Shown here piece by piece: positions 63,023 through 64,000 of a stretch of DNA of 64,000 nucleotides. Below the pieces are notes generated by a model, which worked only from the letters and a program-made list of their open reading frames with translations, had not been told where the DNA came from and made no database searches. The stretch spans positions 2,400,001-2,464,000 of the forward strand of contig OZ271918.1 of NCBI GenBank assembly GCA_965602015.1, in the 5' to 3' direction. Numbering within the stretch: the stretch's first letter is position 1; each line of letters opens with the position of its first letter. A program made the position numbers and the translations under genes. This DNA is from Salinispira sp. GTDB lineage: Bacteria > Spirochaetota > Spirochaetia > DSM-27196 > Salinispiraceae.

Positions 63023-63054
63023 GGCCTGATCAAAACCGGAGTTTTGATCAGGCC
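63023..63054. other. Perfect 14-bp inverted repeat between mcsB and clpC
   Basis: GGCCTGATCAAAAC-CGGA-GTTTTGATCAGGCC; no adjacent T tract. Confidence 0.75.
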
Positions 63055-63079
63055 CTGCAATTTGCGGATTCGTGAACGG

Positions 63080-64000
63080 TCAGACCCCGTTTATGGCCTC
63101 CCGAAAAACCTCGGCGCGCAGGGCGCTGACAATCGTGTTGTCCGCGGGGTAGTTCTCATCGGGCGGGAGCGTTCGGAACTCCTTTCCGCTCTTTTCGCTA
63201 AGATAATAAAGGTGCCCCGGCTGGGTCAAAAAAAAGAGCCGGGCGTCGCTGACTGGGCCGGGAAGAATACCCGTCGACTGACCGGTTCTCACCCTGCTGT
63301 AGAGCTCAAGGCTCTCCCGGAACCCCAGCAGCCGGCAGTTTGCCAGAGTGCCGAAGTCCCGCCACAAAAGATCCGCATATTCAATACCGCCGGTTTCCAC
63401 CGCTGCGCTTCGGGCTTCCCGTTCGTAGTGGATGAATTCACCGGCCACCAGGCGGAATTTCTCCATTTGATCAGCTTCAGTGAGTCCCAGCTGCCCTTCA
63501 ATGCTCAACAGATACACCTGGGCCAGGGACTCTTCACCGGATCCCCCGAAGGTGCTCAAGGTTAACCCCTCCCGCTGCGCGTGGGAGAGCACTTCTCCAA
63601 AACGGGAATCCCGGCTGAGCCGGGGAAGATGCAGCAGGGCTTCTGCCCTCATTCCGTTGCCGGTTTTATCGATCCGGGAGCGCAAATACCCCAAGTCCAT
63701 GCTCACCGCATACGAAAAATGCTTTTCAAGGATCCGGTCCGCCGACTCTAAACGGTGGGGTACCTCGTTTCCCGGGAATCCCGGATATGCTTCCTGGAAG
63801 ACCAGATGGTCCTCCCAATTCAGCAGAATCGATCGACTGCCGGACTCTTCGAAGACCAGGCGGCGGCCGGTCAGGTTCTGGTCATCCGCAGAAGAAGGCA
63901 GATACAGCTGCTCGGTGTACAGGCGCATTTCAAGGGACGAAAGGGACTGAAGCTCCCTTCCCTTCCACTGCCCGGGCAGATCCCGGATGGCGTCCTCACT
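63080..64000 (-). CDS. McsB-like ATP:guanido phosphotransferase-family protein, divergent; 5'-partial
   Basis: Frame is open to the window end; NWEDHL, LGYL, G.GMRA..LLHLP, QLG, TQPGHL, LRA; lies upstream of clpC. Confidence 0.8.
   Translation of the reverse strand, partial: SEDAIRDLPGQWKGRELQSLSSLEMRLYTEQLYLPSSADDQNLTGRRLVFEESGSRSILLNWEDHLVFQEAYPGFPGNEVPHRLESADRILEKHFSYAVSMDLGYLRSRIDKTGNGMRAEALLHLPRLSRDSRFGEVLSHAQREGLTLSTFGGSGEESLAQVYLLSIEGQLGLTEADQMEKFRLVAGEFIHYEREARSAAVETGGIEYADLLWRDFGTLANCRLLGFRESLELYSRVRTGQSTGILPGPVSDARLFFLTQPGHLYYLSEKSGKEFRTLPPDENYPADNTIVSALRAEVFREAINGV

Overview
Chromosomal, housekeeping-rich window, most likely from a free-living Spirochaetaceae bacterium. This is inferred from tuf lying directly upstream of rpsJ, rpsD absent from the alpha cluster, no adk/map/infA after secY, a short ParC, a PASTA-fmt-def cluster and many lipoproteins. 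Contents in order: a partial plsC-like acyltransferase; a 1218-aa membrane protein with ~6 x 144-bp acidic repeats; the tuf-S10-spc-alpha ribosomal cluster (rpmJ is missing from the ORF track); an SBP-lipoprotein/histidine kinase pair; a MITE-like inverted-repeat element; SDR, aminotransferase and threonine-dehydrogenase genes with an XRE-cupin regulator and visible candidate operators; sua5; a CPA2-EIIA fusion; a suf cluster with an IscR-like box; topA, def-fmt and icd; RNA-modification genes; parE/parC; clpC; and a degenerate mcsB. The most unusual element is an apparent four-gene signalling operon at 44.3-49.0 kb. It encodes a single-domain receiver, a 70-aa His-less DHp-like protein, a 5'-nucleotidase-fold lipoprotein whose metal-binding motifs are degenerate, and a histidine kinase with a ~75-aa insertion inside its DHp hairpin. 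No rRNA, tRNA, CRISPR array or transposase was seen. All calls are by eye from motifs; no database searches were run.
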